Shown: piece after piece, positions 9,265 to 18,900 of the stretch
Position numbering within the stretch: position 1 is the first letter of the stretch
Layout: each line of letters begins with the position of its first letter
Virus record (IMG/VR): IMGVR_UViG_3300009488_002371
Span: 1 to 52,411 of that record
Strand: one strand, 5' to 3'
DNA from: a virus
Lineage: Duplodnaviria; Caudoviricetes
DNA length: 52,411 bases
Translations under genes and position numbers: made by a program
The notes under the pieces: model-generated
Database searches by the model: none
Told to the model about the DNA's origin: nothing
The model's input: the letters and a program-made list of their open reading frames with translations, nothing else

Positions 9265-10145
9265 TTCTCCAAAGCTCCTCTGAACATTTCCTCGTATCCG
9301 GCGACCCGGCGCCGCCAATCCCAGTTCTCAAGAACCTCTCGGCGGTTCCGTTCGCCTACTCGATGACGAAGATCCACGTCTTCCTTTAAGATGTCCAGGC
9401 GTTTATTCATTTCGCGGACGACGACATCGTCGGGCTCGACCGGTACAAGCCACTCCTCTTCGACGAGCTGGGCCATGTCGCCGACGTCGGTGGATACTAT
9501 GGGGAGCCCGCAGGCGGCTGCTTCGATGGCTACGCTTGTCATACCCTCCACGTTGCTCGTGTGAACCAGGCAGTCTATACCCGCGTAGAACCGTTGCATG
9601 GGCTCCCGGCTGGCTCCCTTCTTGAAGTATTTTCCCCAGCGCCGGCACATAATCCGAACTGGGTGGTCTAGCTGTCTTGCCAGCTGAACGCGCTTACAGG
9701 GACGCTCAGCGGAGCCCGCCCAGCCAAGTTTGAAGGTTTCCCCCGATCGGGAGGTCGGCTGGAAGATGTCCGTGTCGACCCCATTGGGCGTGAAGTAGAT
9801 ATTATCAGCATCGGGGAACGCCTCCTTGAGTATTTTGTAGGTTTTCAGGCTGTTGCAGCCGATAGCGTTGAAGTGATGTGCTTCCTTGATGACATAAGGG
9901 TCTGGTGGGTTAGTTCGGACGCCGATACATTTCCGCATGCGATTGAAACAAATTCTGCGGTCGCCTATGACATCCCACGTTGGGTAGTTGAAGGGAAAGA
10001 CCAGGTCGAAGCGGCCGTCTCCGCTGGCAACCTCATCAAACTTCTTGACCTCGTATTCGTAGGCCGTGCTATGTTTCACTATGCCACGGCTGACGAAGTC
10101 GAAAGCCCAGCCATGCTGGTCGATTAGGATTAAGACTGACTTCAT
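9261..10145 (-). CDS. Glycosyltransferase, GT-B/GT4-like
   Basis: PNGVDTDIF, EGMTSVAIEAAACGLPIVSTDVG (EX7E). Confidence 0.9.
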   Translation of the reverse strand: MKSVLILIDQHGWAFDFVSRGIVKHSTAYEYEVKKFDEVASGDGRFDLVFPFNYPTWDVIGDRRICFNRMRKCIGVRTNPPDPYVIKEAHHFNAIGCNSLKTYKILKEAFPDADNIYFTPNGVDTDIFQPTSRSGETFKLGWAGSAERPCKRVQLARQLDHPVRIMCRRWGKYFKKGASREPMQRFYAGIDCLVHTSNVEGMTSVAIEAAACGLPIVSTDVGDMAQLVEEEWLVPVEPDDVVVREMNKRLDILKEDVDLRHRVGERNRREVLENWDWRRRVAGYEEMFRGALEK

Positions 10146-11245
10146 CTTAACCAGTTCAGGTCTTTGATGGTCGAGACCACAAGGTTGACTTCCTCATCGG
10201 TGAGCTCGGCGTGGAGCGGAATATGGATGATGTCATCGTTTACCCTCTCAGTGTTCGGCAGATCCTGCTTGCCACCGAAGAGGGTGTACTGATCGTTCCT
10301 CCAGTTGTGGACCGCCACCTCGATGTCCTCTGCCCTCATGGCCTTCGCGAAGGCGATCCTGTTTTCGACGTGGACTGGGAACAGCCAGTTAGCCGACTTC
10401 TTATAGCGCTCCTGTTCCATAAGCGTCAGCCCGTCGACGCCCTCAAGTTGCTGACGATAGCACCCCGCTATCTTCCGTCGCCTCGCGAAAGCAGCGTCGA
10501 AGGCCTTCAGTCCCTCCAAGCCCATGACAGCGGCCACATCGTTCATGCCGTATTTGAAGCCCAGACGGGTTATGTCCTCAGGGAATTTGCCGAGGGGGCT
10601 GGCGACCCGCTTGTCTTTGTCTATGCCGAACCAGATGCGCTCCTTGGCCTCCTCGTAGACTTGACGCCGGTTCGTGACGAACATGCCGCCGTCCGCCGTG
10701 GTTATGTGCTTGATGGCTTGGAAGCTGAAGCAGGAGAAGGACTTGTCCCCCACGGGGTGACCCCGGTATTTCGCGCCCAGGGCCTGAGCTGCGTCCTCCA
10801 CTATCCATAGCCCGTGCTCAGAGGCGACATTGTAGATCTCATCCATGTCGCAGGGGTAGCCACCGTAGTGGACTATGGCTATGCCTACCGTCTTATCGTT
10901 AATCCGGTGCCCAATGTCATCGGGGTCTATGTTAGCCGTTCCATATTTTATGTCGGCGAAGACAGGTTTGAAGCCAGCCTCGAGGAGGGCGGTGTTGGTG
11001 GCCACCATGGTGTAGGGCGTCGTTATGACCTCGCTTCCGGGAGCGGCTCCTGCTATCGTGTATGCGAGCCTCAGAGCAGATGTGCATGAGGTGACGGACA
11101 GGGCATACTTATAGAAGAACTTCTTCACGAAGGCTTCCTCAAACTCGGTGGCTTTCTCCCCACGGTTTATCCAGCCGCTCCGAATCAGGTCGGCTACCGC
11201 CTCCGCCGTTCCCGGCGGGATGTTTGTGGAGAAGAGGCGTATCAC
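10142..11245 (-). CDS. DegT/DnrJ/EryC1/StrS PLP-dependent sugar aminotransferase
   Basis: SCTSAL, VHYGG, EDAAQALG, SFQAIKHITTADGG. Confidence 0.92.
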   Translation of the reverse strand: MIRLFSTNIPPGTAEAVADLIRSGWINRGEKATEFEEAFVKKFFYKYALSVTSCTSALRLAYTIAGAAPGSEVITTPYTMVATNTALLEAGFKPVFADIKYGTANIDPDDIGHRINDKTVGIAIVHYGGYPCDMDEIYNVASEHGLWIVEDAAQALGAKYRGHPVGDKSFSCFSFQAIKHITTADGGMFVTNRRQVYEEAKERIWFGIDKDKRVASPLGKFPEDITRLGFKYGMNDVAAVMGLEGLKAFDAAFARRRKIAGCYRQQLEGVDGLTLMEQERYKKSANWLFPVHVENRIAFAKAMRAEDIEVAVHNWRNDQYTLFGGKQDLPNTERVNDDIIHIPLHAELTDEEVNLVVSTIKDLNWLR

Positions 11246-12159
11246 TTCGTCGCCTCCATGTTTAGGCTGATCAGGATTCCGTTTTCCTTATCCATGTGGG
11301 GGATGTAGGCCTGAGAGTAATCGTCGTAATCCTTATGGATTGTCTCACGCCAGTCGTATCGTCGCACGTTTTTGAAGCATGCGGATTCAAGCACATTTTT
11401 CAAGGAATCAAAGTCGTAGGCGGTCTTCAGGTAGATGAAGCCGTCACCCGAGGGCCACTTACCGTATAGGGGCCCCAATATTCCCCGGTGTTTTAAATCG
11501 CCGTATTTGAGGTACACCTTGACCACGGCCCCAAAGTCCGTGACCGCCAGACGCAGGATGCCGCCCGGCTTCAGGACTCGGTGCCATTCCTTCAGGACTT
11601 GTGGCACTTCATCGAAGCCGTCGAAGTATTGAAACGCGTGGCTGCAATAGATCAGGTCGACGGTGTCATCCTCAAACATGGATAAATGCTGTATGTCCTC
11701 ATTATGATCGATATGGGGGTAGTCCGTCAGGTCTATGTGTATGAAGCCGGGAATGAACTTCTCGCCACAGCCCAGATGAAGCCTGATTTCATCGTTGCCC
11801 TCGTTTATTTTATTGACATGGCTCCGCCAGAGCGGGTGATGCTCCTTTTTCTCCCACGGCTTGGGACCCCACTCCATCACAATCGTTTCTGGCATTAGCG
11901 CCAAGAAGAAGTGAGGCGTGCCTGGCGGGATGTGAATAGCATCTCCCCTTGAAAGCGTGCGTGCACGCTCGCCTTCGACATAGTATTGAACTGAGCCCGC
12001 TATGACAACGGCGTCCTCAGCGCTTTCCTTATGGACGCAGCCGCCTCGGGCGTATCCCTTCTTGGTCGTGAAAAGGGTTAGCTCCCGGTCTTCAGGAAGT
12101 AGCCCCGTTATGAGGTGGATTTCTCCACGCTTATCCTCATGTATTTTCTCCAGTCTCAT
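11242..12159 (-). CDS. Cupin (sugar isomerase/epimerase-like) fused to class I SAM methyltransferase
   Basis: HEDKRG, ARGGCVH, IPPGTPH cupin motifs, then LHLGCG...EWHRVLKPGG; probable start 12159. Confidence 0.8.
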   Translation of the reverse strand: MRLEKIHEDKRGEIHLITGLLPEDRELTLFTTKKGYARGGCVHKESAEDAVVIAGSVQYYVEGERARTLSRGDAIHIPPGTPHFFLALMPETIVMEWGPKPWEKKEHHPLWRSHVNKINEGNDEIRLHLGCGEKFIPGFIHIDLTDYPHIDHNEDIQHLSMFEDDTVDLIYCSHAFQYFDGFDEVPQVLKEWHRVLKPGGILRLAVTDFGAVVKVYLKYGDLKHRGILGPLYGKWPSGDGFIYLKTAYDFDSLKNVLESACFKNVRRYDWRETIHKDYDDYSQAYIPHMDKENGILISLNMEATK

Positions 12160-13090
12160 TTCTCCACAACTCAATCGTTTTCTTCAAACCTTCTTCTAAG
12201 CACATCGGCTCAGGAACCTTCAGCACTCTCCTGATCTTCTGGTTTGAGCCGACAAGGTGCATGATGTCGAGGGGTCGCTTAGGCATCTGACGCCAGACGA
12301 CGTCGCCCTCGAAGCCCGTCAGACTCGCCGTTAAGTCGGCGAGCTCGCGTATCGATGTTCCAATTCCCGAGGAGACGTTGAATGTCTCTCCTATCGCCTT
12401 CGGGTTCTCTAAGGCCGCCAGGTATGCCTCCAGCTGGTCGGTGAAGTAGAGGAAGTCCCGGACCGGCTCGGGGTCCCCGAGCTGGCACTCTTTCTCATGC
12501 AGCATCTGGTAGATGATTTTCTCCACGACGAACCATTTATCCCGTTTCCGGCCATAGCTGTTAAAGAACCTGAGCAGGGTGACGGGGAAGTTGAAGGCCT
12601 TGTGCATATACGTCAGGTACTTCTCAGCTGCGTATTTGCTCACCGAGTACGGGCTATTCGGAATCAGCCGGGGATTGCTCTCTGTCTTCAGCTTCTGGTT
12701 GCAGACGCCGTAGACCTCCGCCGAGCTTGCGTAGATGAACTGCTGGAAATTCGGGATATTCCGCATACAGAGCTCGGCTAGGTTCACCGTGCCAATGAAG
12801 TTCGTCTCAAGGGTTTCCTGTGGATGCATGTACGAGTAGCCGACAGCCGTCAACGCGCCCAGGTGTACAACGATGTCGGGTTTGATCTTCTGAATACACT
12901 TCGTCAGCGAGAAGACGTCTCTGAGGTCGGCGTACCAGAGCTCCTCAGGTGGGGTAACGTTCTTGCCGATGCGCCCCGTCACGTACCGCTCAAGGCTGTA
13001 AATCTTGTAGCCCAGCTCCCTGAGCCGGGGGCGGAGCTCGCTTCCGATGAAGCCTGTTGTGCCGGTTAGAAGTATATTACGCCAGGACAC
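12137..13090 (-). CDS. NDP-hexose 4,6-dehydratase-like SDR (GMD/RmlB-type)
   Basis: TGTTGFIG, IKPDIVVHLGA, SSAEVYG, PNSPYSVSK, RDFLY; probable GTG start 13090. Confidence 0.85.
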   Translation of the reverse strand: MSWRNILLTGTTGFIGSELRPRLRELGYKIYSLERYVTGRIGKNVTPPEELWYADLRDVFSLTKCIQKIKPDIVVHLGALTAVGYSYMHPQETLETNFIGTVNLAELCMRNIPNFQQFIYASSAEVYGVCNQKLKTESNPRLIPNSPYSVSKYAAEKYLTYMHKAFNFPVTLLRFFNSYGRKRDKWFVVEKIIYQMLHEKECQLGDPEPVRDFLYFTDQLEAYLAALENPKAIGETFNVSSGIGTSIRELADLTASLTGFEGDVVWRQMPKRPLDIMHLVGSNQKIRRVLKVPEPMCLEEGLKKTIELWRNETGENT

Positions 13091-13091
13091 G

Positions 13092-14021
13092 CTACACAAG
13101 CTCCTTAAAGTATTCGAGGACCCGGGCCGCCTGCACCTCTGATGAATGATATTTGAGGAAGGTTTCATGTCCCCGCTGGGCAATGGCTTTCCGCTCTTCC
13201 TCGTTTTTGAGGTAGTAGCGGATTTTCTTTCTAAAGTTTGTTCGGTCTATTTCTACGAAGTTCTCTCCGGGGGCGAGGTGGAGATCCTCTGCGCATGTGG
13301 GGGTGTCCATCATTATCAGGGTGTTTGTAGCCATACCCTCTATTGTCTTTGGCTGGAGGAAGGCGTAGTCCTTTTTGCCTAGGAGGGGTTCGTGGCAGTT
13401 TCCTGTAGCCAGGATTTTGGACTGCCCCATTCTTTCTGCGTAGCCCTCAAGGGTTGGAATAGACTTATCCCCAGCGCGTACCCAACAACGTGGGTTTTTA
13501 TGGTATGTATAGTATATAGCGTTGCGAAGGGGGTATGTTTCCGGGCTCATGTTCCCTGTGAGGAAAACATCGTAGATACGTTCTAGATCCGTGGGCTTGA
13601 ATAGGTCGGCTTCTACGGATGGAAATAGTTTGACGCATCGTGCCTTAACCAGTTTCTGGTATTCTGGCTGGGCGGCGCCCTGATAGAGGAAAACGAGGTC
13701 AAAGTCTTCTTTGTTTATCCATTCGGTGTGGCGTAAAATGCTTCTCCAGGGATCGGAGCACATGACGCCCTTTGGGACGATGAGTTTATCGATGTTCTTA
13801 AAGTTCTCTGAGTTGTTGAAAACGTTAGCGAAGAACATTACAAAGTCGGCGTCGGCCTCCTCAGCTTGTTTCTGGATGTCGGCTGCGAAGCCGGTTCTTC
13901 CGCTGAACGTCATGTCGGCGATTTCGCTCATTCGCTGCTCGAGGGCGTGATAGTAGTGGCGGAATGAGTGGCCACGCCTGGCGTGCTCATAATAGTCGAG
14001 GGTTATCCACAGAATTTTCAT
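13092..14021 (-). CDS. CgeB-like glycosyltransferase (GT-B)
   Basis: YDVFLTG..YPLR, PGENFVE, YYLKNEEERKAIAQRG...H. Confidence 0.75.
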   Translation of the reverse strand: MKILWITLDYYEHARRGHSFRHYYHALEQRMSEIADMTFSGRTGFAADIQKQAEEADADFVMFFANVFNNSENFKNIDKLIVPKGVMCSDPWRSILRHTEWINKEDFDLVFLYQGAAQPEYQKLVKARCVKLFPSVEADLFKPTDLERIYDVFLTGNMSPETYPLRNAIYYTYHKNPRCWVRAGDKSIPTLEGYAERMGQSKILATGNCHEPLLGKKDYAFLQPKTIEGMATNTLIMMDTPTCAEDLHLAPGENFVEIDRTNFRKKIRYYLKNEEERKAIAQRGHETFLKYHSSEVQAARVLEYFKELV

Positions 14022-15238
14022 ATTAATCCCATCTTCTTGAATCGTTCTAAAAGCATTATTTGGGCGTCGCGTAGGTCTTGCGCGTTCATCTCCTCAGTCT
14101 CAACGACCACGTTACCCTGCATGCCTTTGCCTACTATGAGGTACTTGCTAAAGTCCCTCGTTAAAATCTTCATGCCAAACGCGTCGGGGTCATTCCAGAC
14201 GGGGCTCCCTGGGTAGGGCGTGAAGAGGCAGACAATCACCTCATCTGGTCGGTTTCTCTCGATGAAGTCAAGGGAGGCATGGATCGTATCCCATGTTTCT
14301 CCTGGGCTGCCAACAATTATAGATGCCTTGGTCGGTATTCCGGCTTCAACGGACCTGTTTATCGCTAGTGCATTCTGCTCAACAGTGGTATCTTTTTGGA
14401 GGTTGTCGAGTATAGTCTGGCTCCCGGACTCTATGCCATAGACTATCTGAACGCATCCTGATTCCTTCATAGCCGTTAAGACTTTCTCGTCTACAAGGTC
14501 AGTTCTTGTCAGACACCGCCATATAACCCAGCGTTTTTTGAATCCGTCAAGTATCTCGAAAAACCTTGGTTTGTTACGTGTGAAGATGTCGTCCCTTATG
14601 TTGAAGGCCTGTATGCCGTATAGTTGGATGCACTCATCGACCTCTGATAGGACGTTGGCCGCGCTTCTATACCTGACCTTTTTTCCTCGGGCGTCCTTAC
14701 AACAGAAAGCACATCGGTAAGGACATCCCCGTGAAGTAACTAGGCTGGTTGACTTCAAGCCGCCAATCGTTCTAGTATATTCATAGTTTGATACGAGGTG
14801 TCTGGCGGGGAAGGGAATTGTGTCCAGGTTCTCTATTGGAGAACAACTTATGATCTTCTCCGAATCTTCTTCAAGTGCCTTGAGGATGGCCTCTTCCCCT
14901 TCTCCGACTACGACCTTGTCGAAGTGTTCAGCCATCTCATGGGGCATACATGTCGGATGTGGCCCCCCGACTATTCGGAGTGAGTCTGGGTAAAGGTTTT
15001 TCACGTATTGATTTACTTCCAAAGCAGAGTCGAGGATAGAAGACGAACAGTAAACACCATATACATCCGCTTCATGGTTTTTTAGTACGCTCAAGTCATC
15101 ATGGAAATTCATATCCACGACTTCGACTTCCACGCCTTTTCCTTCAAGGATGGCTCCCAGATAGAGCAGGCCCAGAGGCTCGTCCCAGCGGGGATCCTCG
15201 TCCACGGTGTCCATTGGATTAATCAGACAAACCTTCAT
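14018..15238 (-). CDS. Cobalamin-binding radical SAM protein (class B methylase-like)
   Basis: PLGLLYL, VGGPHPT, GEGE, TSRGCPYRCAFC, GIESGSQ, GSPGET, PYPGS. Confidence 0.92.
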   Translation of the reverse strand: MKVCLINPMDTVDEDPRWDEPLGLLYLGAILEGKGVEVEVVDMNFHDDLSVLKNHEADVYGVYCSSSILDSALEVNQYVKNLYPDSLRIVGGPHPTCMPHEMAEHFDKVVVGEGEEAILKALEEDSEKIISCSPIENLDTIPFPARHLVSNYEYTRTIGGLKSTSLVTSRGCPYRCAFCCKDARGKKVRYRSAANVLSEVDECIQLYGIQAFNIRDDIFTRNKPRFFEILDGFKKRWVIWRCLTRTDLVDEKVLTAMKESGCVQIVYGIESGSQTILDNLQKDTTVEQNALAINRSVEAGIPTKASIIVGSPGETWDTIHASLDFIERNRPDEVIVCLFTPYPGSPVWNDPDAFGMKILTRDFSKYLIVGKGMQGNVVVETEEMNAQDLRDAQIMLLERFKKMGLI

Positions 15239-15253
15239 TATGACTGGCCTCTG

Positions 15254-16252
15254 TCAATTAGCGTGGTTTTTATTTAAAACCCAGTCAAAGTATTTGGCTA
15301 TTCCATCCTTCAAGTTGACTTCTGGTTTAAACCCGAGCTTCTTCTCTGCTAAGGATATGTCTGCCATGAATCTTCTGACGTCGCTGGGGCGGGGCGGTAA
15401 GTGGGCTGGCTCTAAACTCCTTTCTCTACCTGTTTTCTCCGAGGCCACGTTTAAGATGGTTTCAGCCAGTTCGTTTATGCTTGTTTCGACCCCGGTGCCG
15501 AAGTTGATTGCTCTCCCAAATATATCTAGTTCCTCATATCTGTCCAGAATCAGCTCGTATGCGTTTATCAGGTCGTCAATATAGTGGAAATCCTTTGTCT
15601 GCTCTCCGTCGCCGTAGACGGTGGGGGACTTTCCGCTTAGGACCTGGGAGCAGAATTTGGGTATGACCGCCGAGTAGCCTTTAAACCTCTGTCGGGGGCC
15701 GTATGTGTTGAACTGTCTGAGGATTACGACGGGCATTTTGTATGTGTGGTAGTATGCTGAGCAGAGCCTGTCGGAGGCCGCCTTTCCTGCGGCATAAGGG
15801 GATTGTGGGTTGAACGGGTGTTTTTCATCCATTGGCGTGTACTGGGCGGTTCCGTAGACTTCTGAGGTGGAGGCGTAGACCATTAGTTTAACGGGGTTTC
15901 TTCGAGTCAGGGTTCTTCTGACGGCCTCTAATACGTTGAGGGTTCCTATGGCGTTGACTTGAAAGCTGGGAACGGGATTGTTTATTGACTCCTCCCAATG
16001 CACCTGTGCGGCTAGGTGGAAGACGATGTCGATGTCGTGTACTATGTCGTTTAAGAGGAAAACGTCGAGTATTGATTCCTTTATGAAGTGGAAGTTGGGG
16101 GCGTAATTGTAGCAGGCTCTAATATTATCGTGTATGCTGCTTGAAAGGTCATCCAAGACAATTACTTTATGGCCTATCTTCAGAAGGTACTCAGCCAGGT
16201 TGCTTCCGATGAAGCCTGCGCCACCCGTTATTAGAATGCTTAGTTTGCTCAT
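15254..16252 (-). CDS. NDP-sugar dehydratase/epimerase (extended SDR, RmlB-like)
   Basis: TGGAGFIG, ASTSEVYG, SPYAAGK, NTYGPRQ, GDGEQTKDF. Confidence 0.9.
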   Translation of the reverse strand: MSKLSILITGGAGFIGSNLAEYLLKIGHKVIVLDDLSSSIHDNIRACYNYAPNFHFIKESILDVFLLNDIVHDIDIVFHLAAQVHWEESINNPVPSFQVNAIGTLNVLEAVRRTLTRRNPVKLMVYASTSEVYGTAQYTPMDEKHPFNPQSPYAAGKAASDRLCSAYYHTYKMPVVILRQFNTYGPRQRFKGYSAVIPKFCSQVLSGKSPTVYGDGEQTKDFHYIDDLINAYELILDRYEELDIFGRAINFGTGVETSINELAETILNVASEKTGRERSLEPAHLPPRPSDVRRFMADISLAEKKLGFKPEVNLKDGIAKYFDWVLNKNHAN

Positions 16253-16257
16253 TGTGG

Positions 16258-16878
16258 CTACCCTTTGAGACTGATTTTGTATATGGTTTCTGACCGCATG
16301 ATTTCGCCGTTTTCGATGTTTATTATTTGCAGGTCTTTTACTTTTTCATTGTTTTCTATTTTGGTTACTAGGTCTTCTCTGTTATATCTGATCGTGTAGA
16401 AGTGTTCTCCTTTCTTGATCGCCATGGGGTCATCCCAGGGCTCTTTCTCGAAGATGATGAGCACCTGTTTCCGGGCGATCCTTATCAGTTGATTGAGGAT
16501 GTCGTGGTATTCCTCGGGCTTGAAGTTGACGAAGGTGTTTATGCAGATGACGGCGTCGAAGGTGCCGTCGGGGTATATTCCGTCTATTATGTTTCCGTGG
16601 CATACTTCGATTTCAGGATGGACTTCCTTCGCGTGATCTAGGAACTTCTTTGTCAGGTCTAGTCCAGTGTATTTTATGCCTCTTTCCTTGAAGTGGGGGT
16701 ACGGAACACACGATGCACAGCCAACGTCGAGAACCGATTCACCGACTTCTTGAACGATGTCCGCTACCAGTTTGAACATGTTTTCTCTTAAGATACAGAA
16801 CTCTGGCCCGCTATGCGTGCGCAAGAAGTTAGGGGCGGCATTGCCTTGCCACCATTTTTCCCAGTCTCTTAGACTCAT
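16258..16878 (-). CDS. Class I SAM-dependent methyltransferase
   Basis: SVLDVGC, YTGLD, FDAV. Confidence 0.8.
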   Translation of the reverse strand: MSLRDWEKWWQGNAAPNFLRTHSGPEFCILRENMFKLVADIVQEVGESVLDVGCASCVPYPHFKERGIKYTGLDLTKKFLDHAKEVHPEIEVCHGNIIDGIYPDGTFDAVICINTFVNFKPEEYHDILNQLIRIARKQVLIIFEKEPWDDPMAIKKGEHFYTIRYNREDLVTKIENNEKVKDLQIINIENGEIMRSETIYKISLKG

Positions 16879-17573
16879 TTTGAAAAACTTCTTAGATACT
16901 CCTCGAAACGGAATGGAATTGATCTATCGATTTCCGGGGGGACTCGCCCGCGTGACTTGCCTTCCGGCCTGATCAGGTTGAAGTCCCCTATTTTCTTATT
17001 CTTAATTGTCTTCAGCGTGGGCTTTATCAACGCGACTTGGTGATCATAAAGCCTCTGCTCTACGTCGTATATGGAGTCGTCTTTGAACATGGGCACTTTA
17101 TTCCGAGATATAATTCTCCCAGCGTCGACTCTGTAGTTTATGAAGTGAACGGTTATCCCCTGGGGAATATCTAGATATATGGCCCACTGTAAAGTGTCCA
17201 AGCCCCTGTTCTCCGGCAGTAGCCCAGGGTGGACGTTCACGATTCCATAGTTGAAGGCTTTTATGATTTTATCTTTTAGTATTCTAGCCCCGCCGATGAA
17301 GGCGACGTCTAAATCGTATTTCTTGATTAGGACCCGGCACTCCTCTGAGTTGTGAACTACGGAGTGATAGGGAATATCTAGCAGGTCCGCGATCTCCTTC
17401 GGGTGGAAGGGGGGCTCTCGTTTCACCCTTGTTCTGTTCTCGAGGTCGGGTATGTTCAGCTGCCTCCATGGAGCCGCCAACACACAGCTCAGCCCATGGT
17501 GTTTCTCGAGGGCGATCATGAAGTCGGTGGTCTTGATGTGCGGGAAATCATAGGCGAATAATCCCACATTCAT
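16875..17573 (-). CDS. N10-formyl-THF-dependent formyltransferase (sugar N-formyltransferase-like)
   Basis: NVHPGLLPENRG, GITVHFI..VDAG; true start probably 17573. Confidence 0.85.
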   Translation of the reverse strand: MNVGLFAYDFPHIKTTDFMIALEKHHGLSCVLAAPWRQLNIPDLENRTRVKREPPFHPKEIADLLDIPYHSVVHNSEECRVLIKKYDLDVAFIGGARILKDKIIKAFNYGIVNVHPGLLPENRGLDTLQWAIYLDIPQGITVHFINYRVDAGRIISRNKVPMFKDDSIYDVEQRLYDHQVALIKPTLKTIKNKKIGDFNLIRPEGKSRGRVPPEIDRSIPFRFEEYLRSFSK

Positions 17574-17665
17574 TTCCAAGGGGGCAACCATCTCTGGCAC
17601 TTGGGGCATTTCTTAGGCTTCTCAACGCGGGGCTTCCACTCGTAACCACAGAACTTGCAGATCAC
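17570..17665 (-). CDS. 31-aa zinc-ribbon microprotein
   Basis: Read manually: (M)ICKFCGYEWKPRVEKPKKCPKCQRWLPPWK; GTGA and ATGA overlaps with both neighbours. Confidence 0.7.
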   Translation of the reverse strand: MICKFCGYEWKPRVEKPKKCPKCQRWLPPWK

Positions 17666-17922
17666 TTCTCGCTTTCCTCCAGAACTCTGAGGATTCCAAA
17701 AGGAGATAGACCAAAAGTGGTATCGCAATCCCCCTCGAATGGGATCTCATAATATAAAAAGAACACACTGCATTGAAGTGCATATATGAACATCATGGCA
17801 CTCACAAATCGGAAGGGATTATCCCAATATGGAGGAAACATGAACCACCAAGCTGATATTGCCAATGAGATAAAGATCTGAGGCAGTAAGGCCTTTTGAT
17901 AGTGAGTCATGTGAGTTATCAT
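17662..17922 (-). CDS. Small membrane protein (2 predicted TM helices), AT-rich
   Basis: Two hydrophobic stretches; TTTTATAG upstream. Confidence 0.55.
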   Translation of the reverse strand: MITHMTHYQKALLPQIFISLAISAWWFMFPPYWDNPFRFVSAMMFIYALQCSVFFLYYEIPFEGDCDTTFGLSPFGILRVLEESEK

Positions 17923-18012
17923 TGCGTTTTTACCTCTGGATTATTCAATGTCATAGGGCTCTGATTACTATTACAACAATAACTATAAAAGGTCTTTTAT
18001 CCCCCTATTTTG

Positions 18013-18900
18013 TTATTTTCTGCTCAATTCCTCGAAAAGCCGATCCCAGTTTTCAATGAGAATGTTCCATGAGTAGGTTTTAAGGATGAACTCCCGGTTT
18101 GCTTTTCCGACGCTCTTTATCAGATCCCTGTCTTTGTCCAGTATCCCTAATTTTATGTTGGCTTCCCTTACGACGACGTCGTCAGGATCACCGGGGATAA
18201 GCCATCTCTCCGGCACTACCTTTGAGAAGCTGCAGATGTCGGTGCTGACAACAGGAAGCTCACAGCACATAGCCTCCATCAGAGTGCTCCCGATGCCGTG
18301 AGCCCTGTCCTCCCTCATCAGAGAAACGTAGACGTCTAGGTTGTTGTAGAACTCTACCATCGGCTGCTGACTGCGACCTTTGACGAAGAACTCGGGACCA
18401 TGGTCTCCCTTAATCTTCACAGGGTAGTTTAAGAGCTTAAGCAGGTGCGTTCTTTTTATCGGGCGATTGGGGTTGCCAGCCCAGCCCACTCTCAGCTCTT
18501 CAGAATGTGGTTTTTCCAGTGGTACGAAAAGGTCGGAGTTGACCCCTGCCTGCAGTAAAACGGTGTTTGTGATTCCAAGTTTCTCGGCTTTCTTCATGAG
18601 GCGGTCAGTACATAAAGCGAATACGTCGATGGCTGAAGGCGGGGGAGCGAAATAGGTTCCGGCACACCACATGATAAGCGGTTTTTCACATGCCTTCTTC
18701 CGCACTCCATAGCCGAGGTTATCCCAGATCCATCTGCTGAAGACGAAGATAACGTCATGCTCTTCTATGGTTTTTGAGGTCACTGTGCCTAGGGGTGACA
18801 CTGCAGTAGCGGTGACATCGTGTTTAGAAAATTCACTTATATCCCTGCCAATGAAGTCGAAGGCCCAGCCAAAACTGTCAGCGATGATGAGTACCTTCAT
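18013..18900 (-). CDS. Glycosyltransferase, GT4-like (paralog of 9261-10145)
   Basis: GWAFDF, GWAG, MEAMCCELPVVSTD. Confidence 0.85.
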   Translation of the reverse strand: MKVLIIADSFGWAFDFIGRDISEFSKHDVTATAVSPLGTVTSKTIEEHDVIFVFSRWIWDNLGYGVRKKACEKPLIMWCAGTYFAPPPSAIDVFALCTDRLMKKAEKLGITNTVLLQAGVNSDLFVPLEKPHSEELRVGWAGNPNRPIKRTHLLKLLNYPVKIKGDHGPEFFVKGRSQQPMVEFYNNLDVYVSLMREDRAHGIGSTLMEAMCCELPVVSTDICSFSKVVPERWLIPGDPDDVVVREANIKLGILDKDRDLIKSVGKANREFILKTYSWNILIENWDRLFEELSRK

